Source: Octopus sinensis (lineage: Eukaryota). Taken from it: DNA of 64,000 nucleotides. A program made the translations under genes and the position numbers. Below, one piece after another: positions 10,870 through 27,566 of the stretch. Position 1 is the first letter of the stretch. Every line of letters begins with the position of its first letter. The notes under the pieces are model-generated. The model made no database searches. It saw only the letters and a program-made list of their open reading frames with translations, and was not told the DNA's origin. Where the stretch lies: the NCBI RefSeq assembly GCF_006345805.1, contig NC_043005.1:36270001-36334000 (forward strand), written 5' to 3'.

Positions 10870-11400
10870 ATCCTTAATTTGTTGATCCTGTTTAGCCAAT
10901 ATAATTATCATTACATTGTGGGCATGTGAAGCAGTTGGTAAAACATTTGTTTTGCAAATAGCGTTTGAATTTGATCTTGAATTCTTTCCCATTCTTGAAG
11001 CTTTTGGTTGCTCCCCGTTTAACTATTTCACACGTCCCACAACACAAGTCTGTACAGTTTGTACATGCATAGTTTCTTCTTTCTATGTGAAATTCACCTT
11101 TGTTAGGAGTATTCTAAGACATGGAGGTTGTCTCCGATTGTTGATGATTTTCGATTTTTAAAATAGTTTGTCGGAGATTTGATGATTGGTATAAAATTGG
11201 AAGGAGGGTCGAACCGAATATAAGATATTACAATTTCTAGAATCATGGGTGACTACAAATAAAATATTCATAGCTGTGTTTTTGTTTTCACTCACATTAC
11301 GAATATTTCTCTGTAAGACAGAAACTGGAATTTATTTTAATTTGGTTTTGGCATGATTTATTAGATTATTACCATACAGTGCCAACAGCTTTACTTAGAA
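10870..11400 (-). mobile_element. Penelope-like element ORF remnant (linker zinc finger + GIY-YIG start)
   Basis: Minus strand reads ILFVVTHDSRN, KIINNRRQPPCLRILLTK, CTDLCCGTCEI..FKNGKEFKIK, TCPQCNDNYIG*TG. Confidence 0.75.
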
Positions 11401-11632
11401 TAAAAAAGTAGCGCATCAAAAGTATGGGAGAAACCGTTGATAAATATCAGCAATCGTGTAAGTATATGGACATCTACAGAACTGAAGCACTCGAGCAATC
11501 AGATACAATTGTAACGTCTTAATTGAAAATATTATCATCCACATTATACACACACGCACGCACACATGTATGTATGTATGTATGTATGTATGTATGTATG
11601 TATGTATGTATGTATGTATGTATGTATGTATG

Positions 11633-11688
<56 letters not shown>

Positions 11689-11789
11689 TATTAGCGACAA
11701 AAACAATATCAATATTAAAAGGTAATATTTATCCCCAATTACCACCGAATTAGAAGAGAGGATAAATGATGTATACATACATACATACA

Positions 11790-11825
<36 letters not shown>

Positions 11826-11845
11826 CATGCATATATACATATATA

Positions 11846-12100
11846 CAGAAGTAACTCACTTTACGAGGACCCGCTTTCTGAAAACTCGGTTTTACGAGTT
11901 TTATTTTATAATAAACATAAAAAGGTTAAACTACCATTTTGTGTGTGTGGTAATGTCGCAACATGTGGCAACACTGGTTCTGATGCGTCTATATACGTGA
12001 GTAAGATGACAGCATAAGAGTTCATTGCTACTGAGGGAAATTATTGCTCTGTTTCACGATTTTTCGTTTTACGAGCGATCACAGGGAACAAATTAACAAA
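11846..12100. mobile_element. Possible Tigger/pogo-like MITE remnant
   Basis: Starts TACAGAAGTAACTCACTTTACGAG with repeated TTTTACGAG subterminal motifs; second TIR not clear. Confidence 0.3.
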
Positions 12101-12489
12101 TGATGTTGAACAACCTTAATCGATTTTCGAAACTTATTCGATTTTCCTAAGAGAATCCAAAATACACATACACACACATGCACATACACACAAACAGACA
12201 CGCGCGCATACACACACACACGTGTATGTATGGCGGTGTCTGTGAAAAATTGAGAGATATAATTTCCGATAAAAATTTGCAGTTTTATTTTGATTAAAAT
12301 ACACGCTACTCCCGAGCAAAATCTCTCACTACACTTTACCTAGCAATTAGCGTCTGTGACTGTCACTCACTTCCACTACATTTGTCGTTTTAGCTTCCCT
12401 CTACCAGCGTGAACGAAGAGTGAAACACATTACGCTTTATTATATGTAAGATGAAGCTATTTTTGTTTCTGATGTATGTATGTATATAT

Positions 12490-12718
12490 TTCTTTACTAC
12501 CCACAAGGGGCTAAACACAGAGGGTAAAAACAAGGACAGACAAACGGATTAAGTCGATTACATCGACCGCAGTGCGTAACTGGTACTTAATTTATTGACC
12601 CCGAAAGGATGAAAGGCAAAGTCGACCTCAGCGGAATTTGATCTCACAACGTAGTAACGGCAGACGAAATACCGCTAAGCATTTCGCCCGGCATGCTAAC
12701 GTTTCTGCCAGCTCGCCC
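12490..12718 (-). mobile_element. SINE family B, full-length
   Basis: Head GGCGAGCTGGCAGAAACGTTAGCA on the minus strand; core GCCTTTCATCCTTTCGGGGTC; inserted in (TATG)n. Confidence 0.88.
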
Positions 12719-12782
12719 TATGTATGTATGTATGTATGTATGTATGTATGTATGTATGTATGTATGTATGTATGTATGTATG

Positions 12783-12813
<31 letters not shown>

Positions 12814-13214
12814 GTATGTATGTACGTACGTACGTACGTACGGACTGACGGACGGACGGACGGAGTGATGGATGGATAATGAGTAGATGGATGGATAGAT
12901 GAATGGAAGGATGTATATCATAAGCTGCTATTAGGTTAAACATGGAGAGCCCGGACCAGAAACGTATCTAAGTTTATGTTTCTAGCGAAATTGTCGAATG
13001 GAGCTACTTTAAAGTGGTATTGTTAGGAGAAAGATATTTCACGATCGAATCTCTGGGGGTATCACCTTTAGGCAACAATCAGAAGAAACGTGAAAAAAAT
13101 CCGCGCATGCACATGCTTCAAAGTGATTACTGTCTAGATAGACAAAAATATCAGCATATCAGAGACTGTACTTGTTGTTTAACCCTAGGTTTTACCAGGT
13201 AGAATAGGCATGTT

Positions 13215-13453
13215 CCTTCTCGAGCCATGCCAGGCTCATAAGGGTTTCCCGGTTTCAGTGGCGTAGAAATTTCCCATCTGGACGGGACGCCAGTCCGTCG
13301 CAGGATTACTCCTTTTTGCCAGCTGGATGGACTGGAGCAAGGTGAAATGAAGTGTTTTGCTCAAGAACACAACGCATCACCCGATCCAGGAATCGAAACC
13401 ACAACCTTACGATCATAAGTTCAACACCCTAACCACTAAGCCATGCGCCTCCA
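13215..13453 (-). mobile_element. tRNA-derived SINE, family C1
   Basis: Minus-strand head GGAGGCGCATGGCTTAGTGGTTAGGG...GTTTCGATTCC (A and B boxes), then CTTGAGCAAAACACTT. Confidence 0.8.
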
Positions 13454-13879
13454 TAGGGTAGGCATGGGATCATTAACATTCTAATCGTTGCCTTCCCATT
13501 TTTATTCGGAGTTACTACAAGAAACATCCACGTTATTCGATATGTCTATCTTTTAATTTTAAGGCAGTTATTTGACTGTTATTTCTGGCTAACTGAGAGA
13601 CTGCTTTGACACCAGGAAACCATAAAAAAATTTTCTAGGCATAATTACATGAAAACATAAAATTGCGTTTTCGTTACGTTCTCGCTTCGGCTTCGATTTT
13701 ATCATAGTTCTGTAGGTCTGCAAAAATAATCTATTTAAGAAAATGAAAGCGGTTTACCATTCAATCTCATATTTACCGTTCACTGCCAGTTTTTCTTTCG
13801 CTAAAAAGGAACCGTATTTAAAATTCCGCTGCCATTATTATACTCCGTCTTTAATTTCTTAACAAAAACTAAGGGTGAC

Positions 13880-13941
<62 letters not shown>

Positions 13942-14299
13942 TGAGAGAGGGAATGAAAGAGACAGAAAGAGAGGGAGAGGATACCGTTTGATTTTTATTT
14001 CTTTACGTCAATCACATATATCTTTATTCGTTATTCTCTAACTTCATTTCATTTTCAACTCATTTATTTTACTTATTTATAACGATGTCATTCATTTTCT
14101 CATTCATTCTGCCTTCATTTCGTTTTCTTTTCCTTCACGCTTTTGTTTCTTCATTCTTACCATTTATATTTATTTTCTTCGAGTGATTTCATCATAAAAA
14201 GCAAATGCGTGCACACGCGCGTTCACGTACATGTACGTGTGTGTATGTACACACATTCTACGTATCTACATACATTCTGCATATCTACACACATTCTCT

Positions 14300-17600
<3,301 letters not shown>

Positions 17601-18124
17601 TGCTATATCATTATATTCATGTAAGTTATCATCAATGCATAAATGTGTCCGTATGGAAACGTTTGTGTCAGCATTCATTGATATTTATAGTTATAAATAT
17701 TAATACGTAACAGCGAAAAATAATAAAATGAAGTCACTAGAGAGCACATGAATTAATTAACTATATATTAGAACCCATGTTTAGCTTGGCTCTCAAACAA
17801 TTTTGAAACAATCACTGCCAAAATGAATATGCAAATGAAACAATTGAAAGAGACCATTGTTGATCAATATGGATCGGAATCAGCTTCAATCAGTTTTGGG
17901 AGTCACCGCACAAATGGTATCATTTCAATTCTTGTTAGCAATCTATTGTGAATTATTGTGAATTATGAAAACATTAATTTTATTCTTTTATAACATGCTT
18001 TATTCTAACATGCAATGATTGTGCTTTACCAAATATCTTGTTGCCCGGGTCAGTTGGGAAAGAACGGAAAGGATTTCTATAGGCGTAAAATTAGGAGTTT
18101 TTAAAAATTAAAATAATGTATAAG

Positions 18125-18680
18125 CTCAGGTAGGACTGTGTGGTTATGAAGCTCGCCTTGCAACCGCGTGGTTTTGCGTTCAGTCCAACTGCGCGGCACC
18201 TTGGATCGGCACCTTGCTTTATGAGTGGAGTTGCTAAACGGAAACTGTGTGGAAACCCGTCGTATATACATGTGTGTGGGTAGGTATATATATATATGTA
18301 TGTGTCACCGTCGTGTGAATGATGTGTGTGTGTGTGTCTGCGTTTGCATGCACACGCACGCGCGTTTGCGCACGCGATTGTGTGTGTCTGTGTTTGTTCC
18401 ATACCTAATTTTTTACTACCCAGAAAGGGGCTAAACAGAGAGAGGACAAACAAGGACAGGCAAACGGATTAAGTCGAATACATCGACCCCAGTGCTTAAC
18501 TGGTACTTAATTTATTGACCCCGAAAGGATGAAAGGCAAAGTCGACCTCGGCGAAATTTGAACTCAGAACGTACCGCTAAGCATTTCGCCCGACGTGCTA
18601 ACTTGTCTGCCAGATCGTCGTTCCATACCACCGCTTGACAACTGGTCTTGATTTGTTTATCTCTCCGTAACTTTCGGGAA
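18125..18680 (+). mobile_element. SINE family A interrupted by a SINE B
   Basis: Degenerate A head at 18125-18265, internal TG/TA tract, tail resumes at 18630 (CCGCTTGACAAC). Confidence 0.7.
18406..18620 (-). mobile_element. SINE family B with TSD TTCCATACC
   Basis: B core; TTCCATACC at 18397-18405 and 18621-18629. Confidence 0.85.
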
Positions 18681-18949
18681 ATTCATAGGAGATCATACTG
18701 TTATGCTAACCTTCTCTTTACTGCTGTATAGGAAAAATAACCCTGTTTTTCTGTCGGTGAATTTTCAAACAGAAAACACACCCTTACATGGATTATAGAA
18801 CATGAGAAAATATCTGGGTTTCGAATCTCTGTTAAGACGTAGATTTCAAGATGCAATACCCTCGAATGAATTTTGATTTAATATTTGAAATCCAAGTCAC
18901 GAAGGAAAAAAAACAATTCTGATGATTGTAATGCAGAGTAGATTAAATA

Positions 18950-19410
18950 GTTTGGTGGTGATGCCGAAAGAAATACTTAATTCTCAACAGAATAACAACT
19001 ATCAAGCGATATTTGAAGTACTGACAGAAATCTGATCTTTTTCTTAGTTCTTGGTAATTAAGATAGAATATGATAATTAAGAACGAAGAAGTACTTCATA
19101 TCTATCTACAAATAACGTATGAAGAAACCACAGAAATTATGAGAAGTAAATATCGAAAATTAAAGAAGTCAAATACTTTTCTCTGAGTGTTGATTCAACT
19201 GAAAACGTATCTGACATTGTTCAAATGACTGTAGTTCTTCGTTGTGTTTGAAAACAAATCATAACCTTGTGCAAGCTTTTATTTCTTTTCTTTCCTCCTC
19301 AAGTCACACCCGACAAGCTCTTGCCACTACTGTCTTGGAATTCTTTGAGCAAATTCGAACTGAAGTAGCGGAATGAGGAGAGGGTCTTATGACAACGCGT
19401 CAAACATATG
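18950..19410 (+). mobile_element. hAT transposase remnant (ZMYM/DUF4371-like)
   Basis: TSYLS, IKEVKYFSLSVDSTENVSDIVQMTVVLRCV and SYDNASN motifs in broken frames. Confidence 0.75.
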
Positions 19411-19978
19411 ATGTCACAAAAGATTTCAGCCATATTCTCAATATCATCCATGTCTATTATGCTGTACTGCGAGTATGAGTAGAAGAGGTTTGCAATAAAT
19501 AGGAGCGGGACATGTTCGTATGCCAATGCATACATATGTGTTTCTGTTTTTGCGGAGTGGTGTATGAGGTGTGAATGTGGGTTGTTTTCAGTTCGGTGGA
19601 AGAAGGGTACCAATTTTTGTCACTCCTGATCATCTAGACAGAAGACAAACGAATTTATGGGGAGGGAAAGTTGACACCAATGATTACAGTACATGACAAG
19701 TATTTTCATTTTTATTTCATTTCAGGGATGAAAGGCAAAGTTTACCTTGGTGGAAATTGAACACAGAAAATAAAGAGTGATAACTAAATATCAGAACTCA
19801 TTTTGCCCGACGCTCTAAACAATGCTTCCAGACTACAAAAAAAAAACAACAACAATAATAATTCTGATGTTGGTGATAATGATAATATGATTATGATAAT
19901 GACATTTTTCCTTTTCCTCTCTGTCTTAACCCTTTCCCCTATCACATGACTTTGCAAATGAACAATCTGGTGACTATC

Positions 19979-20067
19979 TTAATGGCCTACCAATGTATAT
20001 AGTGAGTTTCTCGGCCCTCGGTGCCAGGAAGATACTCGGTAAGAAATAGAAGTAAAATTGAAAGAAG

Positions 20068-20068
<1 letters not shown>
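19979..20068 (+). mobile_element. Family A Dong/R4 3' UTR only
   Basis: TTAATGGCCTACCAATGTATA...AAATTGAAAGAAG matches 8172-8260; followed by (AAT)n. Confidence 0.8.
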
Positions 20069-20141
<73 letters not shown>

Positions 20142-20157
20142 TAAAATAAATAAATAA

Positions 20158-20637
20158 ATGCCCTGATACAGTACCAGGCAGTGGCTCACATGGCTTCTGA
20201 TCTTAACTGATTGGACGTATTAACATGTACATACTTTGTCTTGGTTTAAACGATGGGTTATAGCATATATTCTGCCCAATATCGCAGATTTGTTTGTCAG
20301 TTGCTTGACCTTAATCAGTTTACCATATCCCTTAGTGTATCTCTGATTATGAGTAGGATCTCTGGCGAAGCATCATAGCCATGTGTTAAGACGGATTTTT
20401 TGAGGTTTGGATAATTCATCTCTGGAAACATAGGTGTTTCCTTTATTTTGAATGAGATGGGCTACTCGACAGAAAAATTTCACAAGTTGTTTATCTTGAA
20501 AAGGGATAACCATGTCACACACATATAGTCATGGTGCATGTGCCTTGTGTACCCTTATCAGACGAATAGTCATGATGGGTATATTGGGTTTCGTATATCC
20601 CAGCGTCAGTTTGATGGCATGCGCTGCTCTCTCATTC
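20158..20637 (+). mobile_element. 556-bp element copy 4 (diverged, internal deletions)
   Basis: Same 5' start (ATGCCCTGATACAGTACCAGGCAG) after AAT/AAAT repeats and same 3' end (CTGCTCTCTCATTC) before AAT. Confidence 0.85.
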
Positions 20638-20829
20638 AGTAATAATAATAATTCTACCTACAATAAGACATGAAATTTTGAGGGAGAACGCCAGTCGATT
20701 ACATCGACCCCAGTGCTAAACTAGTATTTATTTTATCGATCCGGAAGGATAACTACAGTATACTAGTACAAAACGAGTATAAGTGCAGGCATGACTGTCA
20801 AGGTAAATGTTTGTATTGAGATGTAAGTG

Positions 20830-21012
20830 GTGTCAGTGAAAGAGAATGAAAATTACAGGATATAGTGGGATTCTCCATAAAAATTGATTACGCTATTAAA
20901 GCAAGGAGGTCAGATATGATATTAGAGAACGAACTAAACAAAGTAAGTTTATAGACTTTGCAATTCCCTGTGATAGCAAAGTCGCTACCAAAGAAATTGA
21001 ATCCTTAGAAAA
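20830..21012 (+). mobile_element. RLE LINE endonuclease fragment
   Basis: ENENYRI.W, ARRSDMIL, FIDFAIPCDSKV..KE. Confidence 0.65.
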
Positions 21013-21299
21013 ATTGATTACGCTATTACTTGTCAGCAAACGTCAAATTTACATTCCTGCCAATTGAATTAGCGTGTACTAGATGAATGATTGATGATGA
21101 TGATGATGATGATGATATTAATAATGATTTCATTTATATGCCAGAGGGGCGAAGGATGAGGGAGACAATGCAAAGACAGACATAAAGTGTGGAGGTTTAC
21201 ATATGTTGAAATGATTAAAAAATGAAAAATAGTATACACGGTATACACTGAAAAAGATGAGATATATGCATAGTATTCAAATATTTCAAAAGATAGTAA

Positions 21300-23920
21300 C
21301 AATAATAATTAAAAGAATTAAAAAGGAAACTTGAAGAATAGTCGCAAATTTGAAAAATTGATAAATTGTGGTGATGATACAAAAGGACTGAATGTTGCAA
21401 TAAAAGAACAGAAGCAGCGCATGCTTACCAAAATATCAACGCTAACTAGGTCTGAACAAACCGGCATAGCCGATTGTTTAGAATCGACCAAAACAGATTT
21501 TATCAAGAAATTAATGGTGATACAGAGTGCGAAAAATTAATCCTTGATACTGATGAATGTCGACAGTTTTGGGGTAAGATATAAATAAGCAAGAACAACA
21601 CGATTCTGGAGCTGCATGACTCTGCAGTCTGACGAAAACAGCGCCTTATCCCTAGCAAAGAGCTATCCCCTTTACCAAAGGCAGTATCAGAAATATGAGC
21701 AAAAAAGGAGCAATTGGAAAGTAGCTGAACCTGATGGTATGCAGGCATTTTGGATGAAAAAGTTCAGTAGGTGCCATAAATTGATTGCAGAGAAATTTAA
21801 TGCATTGATTGGAGGAGAAGAAATCTCGGGCTGGTTGACCAAAGGACAAAACCGTTTTGTGTTTGAAGGATGTATCAAAACGAAATGCCGACAATTACAG
21901 ACCAGTGTCTTGCCTCATATTAAAGTGGAACTTACTTTCAGGGGGGACTGTAGAAGAAATGTACAAAGTTCTTGATGATAACGACATCTCATCGATGGAG
22001 CAAAAGGGTTATAGTAGGAGATGCAGAGGTACCAAAGATCAATTATTAATAGAAAAAATGGTAAAGCAAGATTGTAAGCGAAGGAAGACAAATTTGGGAA
22101 TGGCCTGGATCGACTACCGCAAAGCTTACGATTTGATTCAATATTCGTAGATCATTGAGTGCTTAGAATTGTTTGGAAATGCTAGAAATGTGACATGTTT
22201 TCTGAAGAGAAGTATAGTGGGGTGGAAAACTAGATTGTCATTGTGCGGACAAAGTTTGAGTATCCTGGGCATCAGGAGAGGAATTTTCAAGGAGATAGCT
22301 TATCTCCATTGCTATTTTTCTCTGTATGATTCCTCTGCATTTGTTGCTGAGGAAATTGAACCTGGGTAATCAGTTAAAGGGAAAATCTCAAAGAACCAAC
22401 CACCTCCACTTCATGGATGATTTGAAGCTGTATGGTAAAACTGAGGCACAAGTGAGTTCTTTGGTGAACACGGTCCACTGTTTTAGTGCTGATATTAAGA
22501 TGTAATTCGGACTCAAGAAGTGTGATACAATGTACGTGAAAAGAGGTAAGGTACAGTTCCTGGTAGGGATAGAATTACCTAAAGGAGAAGTAATTAAATA
22601 AATTGAAAAGGGAGGTTATAAAAAACTTGGCATACTAGAGTTCAACGAAATCATGGAGAAGGAAATGAAAGAACAGCTGGCGATAGAATATTTCCAAAGA
22701 CTAAGATTGGTGTTGTGCTCAAAATTGACTGGATGGAATAAAACCCAAGCAGATAATATTTGGGTGATAGCAACACTTCGGTATGGACCTGAAATCATAA
22801 ACTGCCAAAAGAAAGAACTGATGAGCATGGATATGATTCGAAGACAAGGAAAATATTGAAAGGGCACTTAGTACTCCAAGAGTGACACTGATAGGTTGTA
22901 CTTGTCCAGAAGAAAGGCTGGGAGACTTTTGATCAGTTGCCAGGATTGTGTCGAAGCTGAGGAAAACAGCTTAGAGTGGTATCTAAAAAATGCCGTGAAG
23001 CCATTAATGAACCATGTGCAGAAGACCGACCAATAATTATGTAAAGAAAGTAAATCTATAAGAGAAGAATACAAACAAAGAAACAGCATGGATGGGAAAG
23101 AAATGTATTGGTCAGTTTGTAAGATATACGAATCCCAAGACAGATACCAAGAACCGGTGGTTATGAATGCGGAGGAGTGATCTAAAGATTGAGACAAAAG
23201 AACTTATATGCACGGCACAAGAACAAGCGTTAAGGACGAACTATGTGAAGTGCAGAATTGACAACACAACTGAGAGCGACAAATGCAGAATGTATGGTGA
23301 GAGAGGTGAAACGATATGATCATAGTGTTAGCGTATGCCCGTAACTGGCATAGCGCTATTACAAAAGACAACATGATAATGTAGCAAGAATGATCCATTC
23401 GGAGTTGTGTTGGAATCACCGCTTAAAAAGAGCAAAGACGTGGTATGACCAAATCTCAGAAAGAGTTACCAAGAATGGAGAATATAAAATCTTGCGAGAT
23501 GCAATGATTTAGTGTGACCATCAGGTCAGATATCACGAACCTGACATTGTTGTGGCGAAAAAAAAAAGAAAACACTTGCATAATAGCATATCCCGGTGAC
23601 AACAGGATCAAAGGGAAAGAAGAAAAACTGAATATCCATGACAATTCGAAGTGGGAAATACTCAGGTTGTGGGCAATGAAGAAGGTGGACGTGATACCAG
23701 TAGCAATTGGCGCGCTTGGGAGTATCAGTACTCAACAACCAAGATGGCTCAAAAGATGGGTACAAATGTAAAGATAGAACACGTACAAAAATCATCATTG
23801 CTTGGAACTGCAAGAGTTCTCCGCAGGTTTGTTGAAGCATGACCAGTAAACGTGTGTTACCTTAGTCTACGGGATGTGGACAGCTGACACTTTCCCTCAT
23901 TCCCAGCAAAATAATCTGTG
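21300..23920 (+). mobile_element. Dong/R4-type RLE LINE, family C, long decayed copy with complete RT
   Basis: [86 protein letters not shown]; many stops; ends at (AAT)n. Confidence 0.88.
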
Positions 23921-23939
23921 AATAATAATAATAATAATG

Positions 23940-24023
<84 letters not shown>

Positions 24024-24033
24024 TTAATAATAA

Positions 24034-25169
24034 TGGATGTTAAAACTTGTCTCAAAACATGAAAACAAGAAAGCATCATACTCAGTAACAAAACAGGCAA
24101 AGGAATATCTAAGTAAATTCCGAATACAACAAATTTCGGAATTAGAGATAGACATACAAGAAACAGGTACAGAAAAAGCTAAGCGCATGAAAACCCGTGC
24201 TAAATCTGCGGCCTTAGATATTCTGAATGATAAATGGCAAGAAAAACCTCTCTATGGCAAATACCCAAAGAGAGCAAATAATGCAGATGTTGACAAGGCC
24301 CTGACTCATCAATGGCTAATGGCCTCTGGCTTAAAATCTGAAACAGAGGGGTTTATCATAGCAGCTCAAGATCAATGCCTACCAACAAGAAACTACCAGG
24401 CCAACATATTAAAGATCAGAAGCAGTCCAACGTGTCGTGTATGCAAGCAACAAAATGAAACCATTGACCATGTGGTCTCCAAGTGCAGTCTTCTAGCGCC
24501 TACAGAGTATCTCAACAGGCACGATAGAGCTGCCCAATATATTCACTGGGTAATCTGTAAAAACCTGGATTTGCCCCATGAAAAAAACTGGTGGGAACAC
24601 AAACCACCCCCAGTGCTTGAAAATGACCACATCTCACTCCTCTGGAACTTCACCATTCAAACTGACAGAAAGATAGATGCAAATAGGCCAGACATCATAT
24701 TGAAAGACTTCAAACAAAGAACATGCCTCCTCATTGATATGACTGTCCCAATCGATATAAACGTATCTGTCAAGACCTACCAAAAACTGAGCAAATATAA
24801 AGATCTTGAAATAGAAATCAGCAAAATGTGGAAGCTGAAGACTAAAACAATACCTGTTGTCATAGGTGCCCTGGGAATGATAGCAAAAGGGGCTGATAGC
24901 TACTTAACTCAGATACCAGGAAACCCAAAAATGGCAGAAATTCAAAAGATAGTGCTCATGGGAACTGCTCATATCCTACGCAAAATACTTTCTATGTAAT
25001 CTCAAGGTTTAAAACAAACATAATTTTCATTAGTACAACACCCCCACCCACCAAATATATGGCACACTAGGCATAACAACAACATGAACTTCCAACCCTG
25101 TTGTCTCCTGAGGTCTCTGGGTGAGACTAGGAGCCAACTTGTACAAATATAAAGCAAAAGTCAAACATA

Positions 25170-25170
<1 letters not shown>
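24034..25170 (+). mobile_element. Dong/R4-type RLE LINE, family D, 5'-truncated
   Basis: Uninterrupted 320-aa frame plus 3' UTR; (AAT)n on both sides. Confidence 0.92.
24037..24999 (+). CDS. C-terminal part of RLE retrotransposon protein (CCHC + RLE)
   Basis: WQEKPLYG, AAQDQ, CRVC..HVVSKC, RHD, RPDIIL, IDM, QKLSKY, PVVIGALG; clearly paralogous to, but distinct from, 7147-8103. Confidence 0.9.
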   Translation: MLKLVSKHENKKASYSVTKQAKEYLSKFRIQQISELEIDIQETGTEKAKRMKTRAKSAALDILNDKWQEKPLYGKYPKRANNADVDKALTHQWLMASGLKSETEGFIIAAQDQCLPTRNYQANILKIRSSPTCRVCKQQNETIDHVVSKCSLLAPTEYLNRHDRAAQYIHWVICKNLDLPHEKNWWEHKPPPVLENDHISLLWNFTIQTDRKIDANRPDIILKDFKQRTCLLIDMTVPIDINVSVKTYQKLSKYKDLEIEISKMWKLKTKTIPVVIGALGMIAKGADSYLTQIPGNPKMAEIQKIVLMGTAHILRKILSM

Positions 25171-25210
<40 letters not shown>

Positions 25211-25570
25211 TGTGACAAAGAACTAGAAAAGATTGAAAAGTACAGACTACTAAAAGACAAAATTGAAAGAAAGTGGACTATAAGGAGAGTGTCTGTCATC
25301 CCAATAGTTGTAGTGGCACTCAAAGCACTGACGACCAAATTCGAGAAATATATCAGAGAAATTGGAACTGACATGAGAGCATAACAATCCTCAAAAACTG
25401 CTCCGCTGGGACAGCTACGATTTTGAGATTGGTACTTGGATACTGGATGTCTTCCACGATAATTAATAACCAATTATCGCGGAAAGAGGCCCTGTGAGAC
25501 CTTTGACAACAGGCTGCTGTCCACACCCCCAGAATCAATCAGAGCAAACAAGACCGAGCGTTCTGAGAAG
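25211..25570 (+). mobile_element. Dong/R4-type RLE LINE, family E, short 3' fragment
   Basis: KELEKIEKYRLLKDKIERKW..VIPIVV.AL, QKLLRWD/LGTATILR region; between AAT tracts. Confidence 0.75.
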
Positions 25571-25577
25571 TATGATG

Positions 25578-25631
<54 letters not shown>

Positions 25632-25670
25632 GCAACAACAACAACAACAACAACAACAATAATAATAATA

Positions 25671-27508
25671 AAACATTCCATGAATAAATGGCAACCAATG
25701 TTAGAGCCTCCAGACAAAAGAGGGACTCATAAAAACCAAAGCCATCTCCATTAGAAGAGGAATATTCCATGAAGACACGCTCTCTCTTCTCCTTTTTCTG
25801 CTTAGCACTGACACCTTTATCTGACATGCTAAATAGAACTGGATGTGGATACAACTGTTACGGCAAAAAATATTAATTATCTCTTGTATATGGATAACCT
25901 AAAACTGTACGCTACAAATGATAAACAGCTGGAAACATTACAACAGACGGTACATGGAGTTACCAAAGAAATAAACAGGAAAATTTGGCTTAGAAATATG
26001 TGCCAAAGCAACCTTGGCAAAAGGAAAACTAGTTAAGAGTAACACCATCACACTAGATAAAACAAATGAAATAAGAGAATTAGACCAAAGCCAGACATAC
26101 AAATACTTAGGAATCAATGAACTAGATACAATACAATACACACAGATGAAAGAGAAGAAAGGAATACTATAGACGAGTTAGATTAATATTTAAAACAAAG
26201 CTCAATGCAAAAACAAAACAAGATAATAGGTATCAACACTCTAGCAGTCCCACTTATAAGTTACAGGTACAATATTCGTAACTTCACTGTAAAAGAACTA
26301 ATAAAAATGACAGGAAAACAAGAAAGATAATGACAGAATTTAGGATGCATCATCCAAAATATGGCATAGAAAAGTTATATAAACAACGTATTGATGATGG
26401 TAGATGCCTTATACAGCTAAAAAGACTACTCTACTATAAAATAACCATCATAGGACTGCAAAAATACCTACTTCGGAAGCAAGAACAATTAATATAAATA
26501 GCCACAAAACACAAGCGAAGCAAGAAAAACTGTTTTCAGTCTTTAAGGAAGCTACAAAATACAAAAAAGAAGTCATAGTACCTGACAATTATGGAGAAAA
26601 AGAAGAAACAACAAAAACTGTAAAATAGCTGAAATCCAAACTAAAACTGAAACAGCCACGTATCATGATAAAACGATGGCAAGAAAAGCCCCTTCATAGC
26701 AAATATTGGGCTACGCTAAACAGAAAAGGAATAGACAAAGCAAAATCCCAAGAATGGTTGAGAAGCTCAGGACTCAAAGCAGAGACTGAAAGATTTTTAA
26801 TTGCAGCATAAGATCAAAGTCTCCTCACCAGAAATCACCAAAAGCACATAATGAAAATAAATGAAACAAGTAACTGTGGAATATGTGATGATGGAGAAGA
26901 AATAATGAACCTTACTGTCTCTGGTTGTCCAGTCCTGGCTAAGAAGGAATATATACACAGACATGACAGAATTGGGACCTATATACACTGGAAGCTATGC
27001 CAACCCTATGAAATGACAACAGAAAAAAGATGGTATAGGCACGTCCCAGAAAAGGTCACAGAAAATGAGAAAGCAACCATACTCTGGGATATACCAATAT
27101 ACATAGATAGGAAAATCAAGGCTAATAGACTGGATATAGTTGTCAGAGATCACCAAGAAAAAGTGGCCTTCTAATTGATATATCAATGCCTACAGGTGAC
27201 AACATTTCTCAAAATACAAAGATCTGGAGACAGAGGTAAGTGGAGCCTAAAAGCAGAAACAATTCGTATAATAGGAGTCATATTAGGTATGTTAGGAAAA
27301 CATTCAGACAAACACATAAACAAAACACTAGGACTTACAAGAGTATATTGCATACAGAAAATAGCACTACTATACACCGCATACATCCTACATAAAACAC
27401 TTTCAATACAGTGAAAATAAGAACATCACAACAAGCTACAGTACATACCCAAGGTAAGCAGAGCTGCGCTTGGTAATGCAGTGAAAGCATACGATAAAAA
27501 TAAAACTA

Positions 27509-27511
<3 letters not shown>
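25671..27511 (+). mobile_element. Dong/R4-type RLE LINE, family B, second (older) copy
   Basis: Collinear with 8287-9863 and extends further 5' (RGIFHED.LS, YLLYMDNLKLYA); same 3' end AAATAAAACTACTG before (AAT)n. Confidence 0.9.
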
Positions 27512-27542
<31 letters not shown>

Positions 27543-27566
27543 TAATAATAATAATAATAATAATAA

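Noticed and set aside
12100-12452. Possible second Helitron-like element (ends CGCTTTATTATATGTAAGAT)
   Set aside because: Only one end resembles a Helitron; no hairpin plus CTRR terminus found
13380-13453. tRNA gene candidates here and at 1108, 31660-31730 and 56363
   Set aside because: A/B boxes run into SINE bodies; no complete cloverleaf with acceptor stem seen
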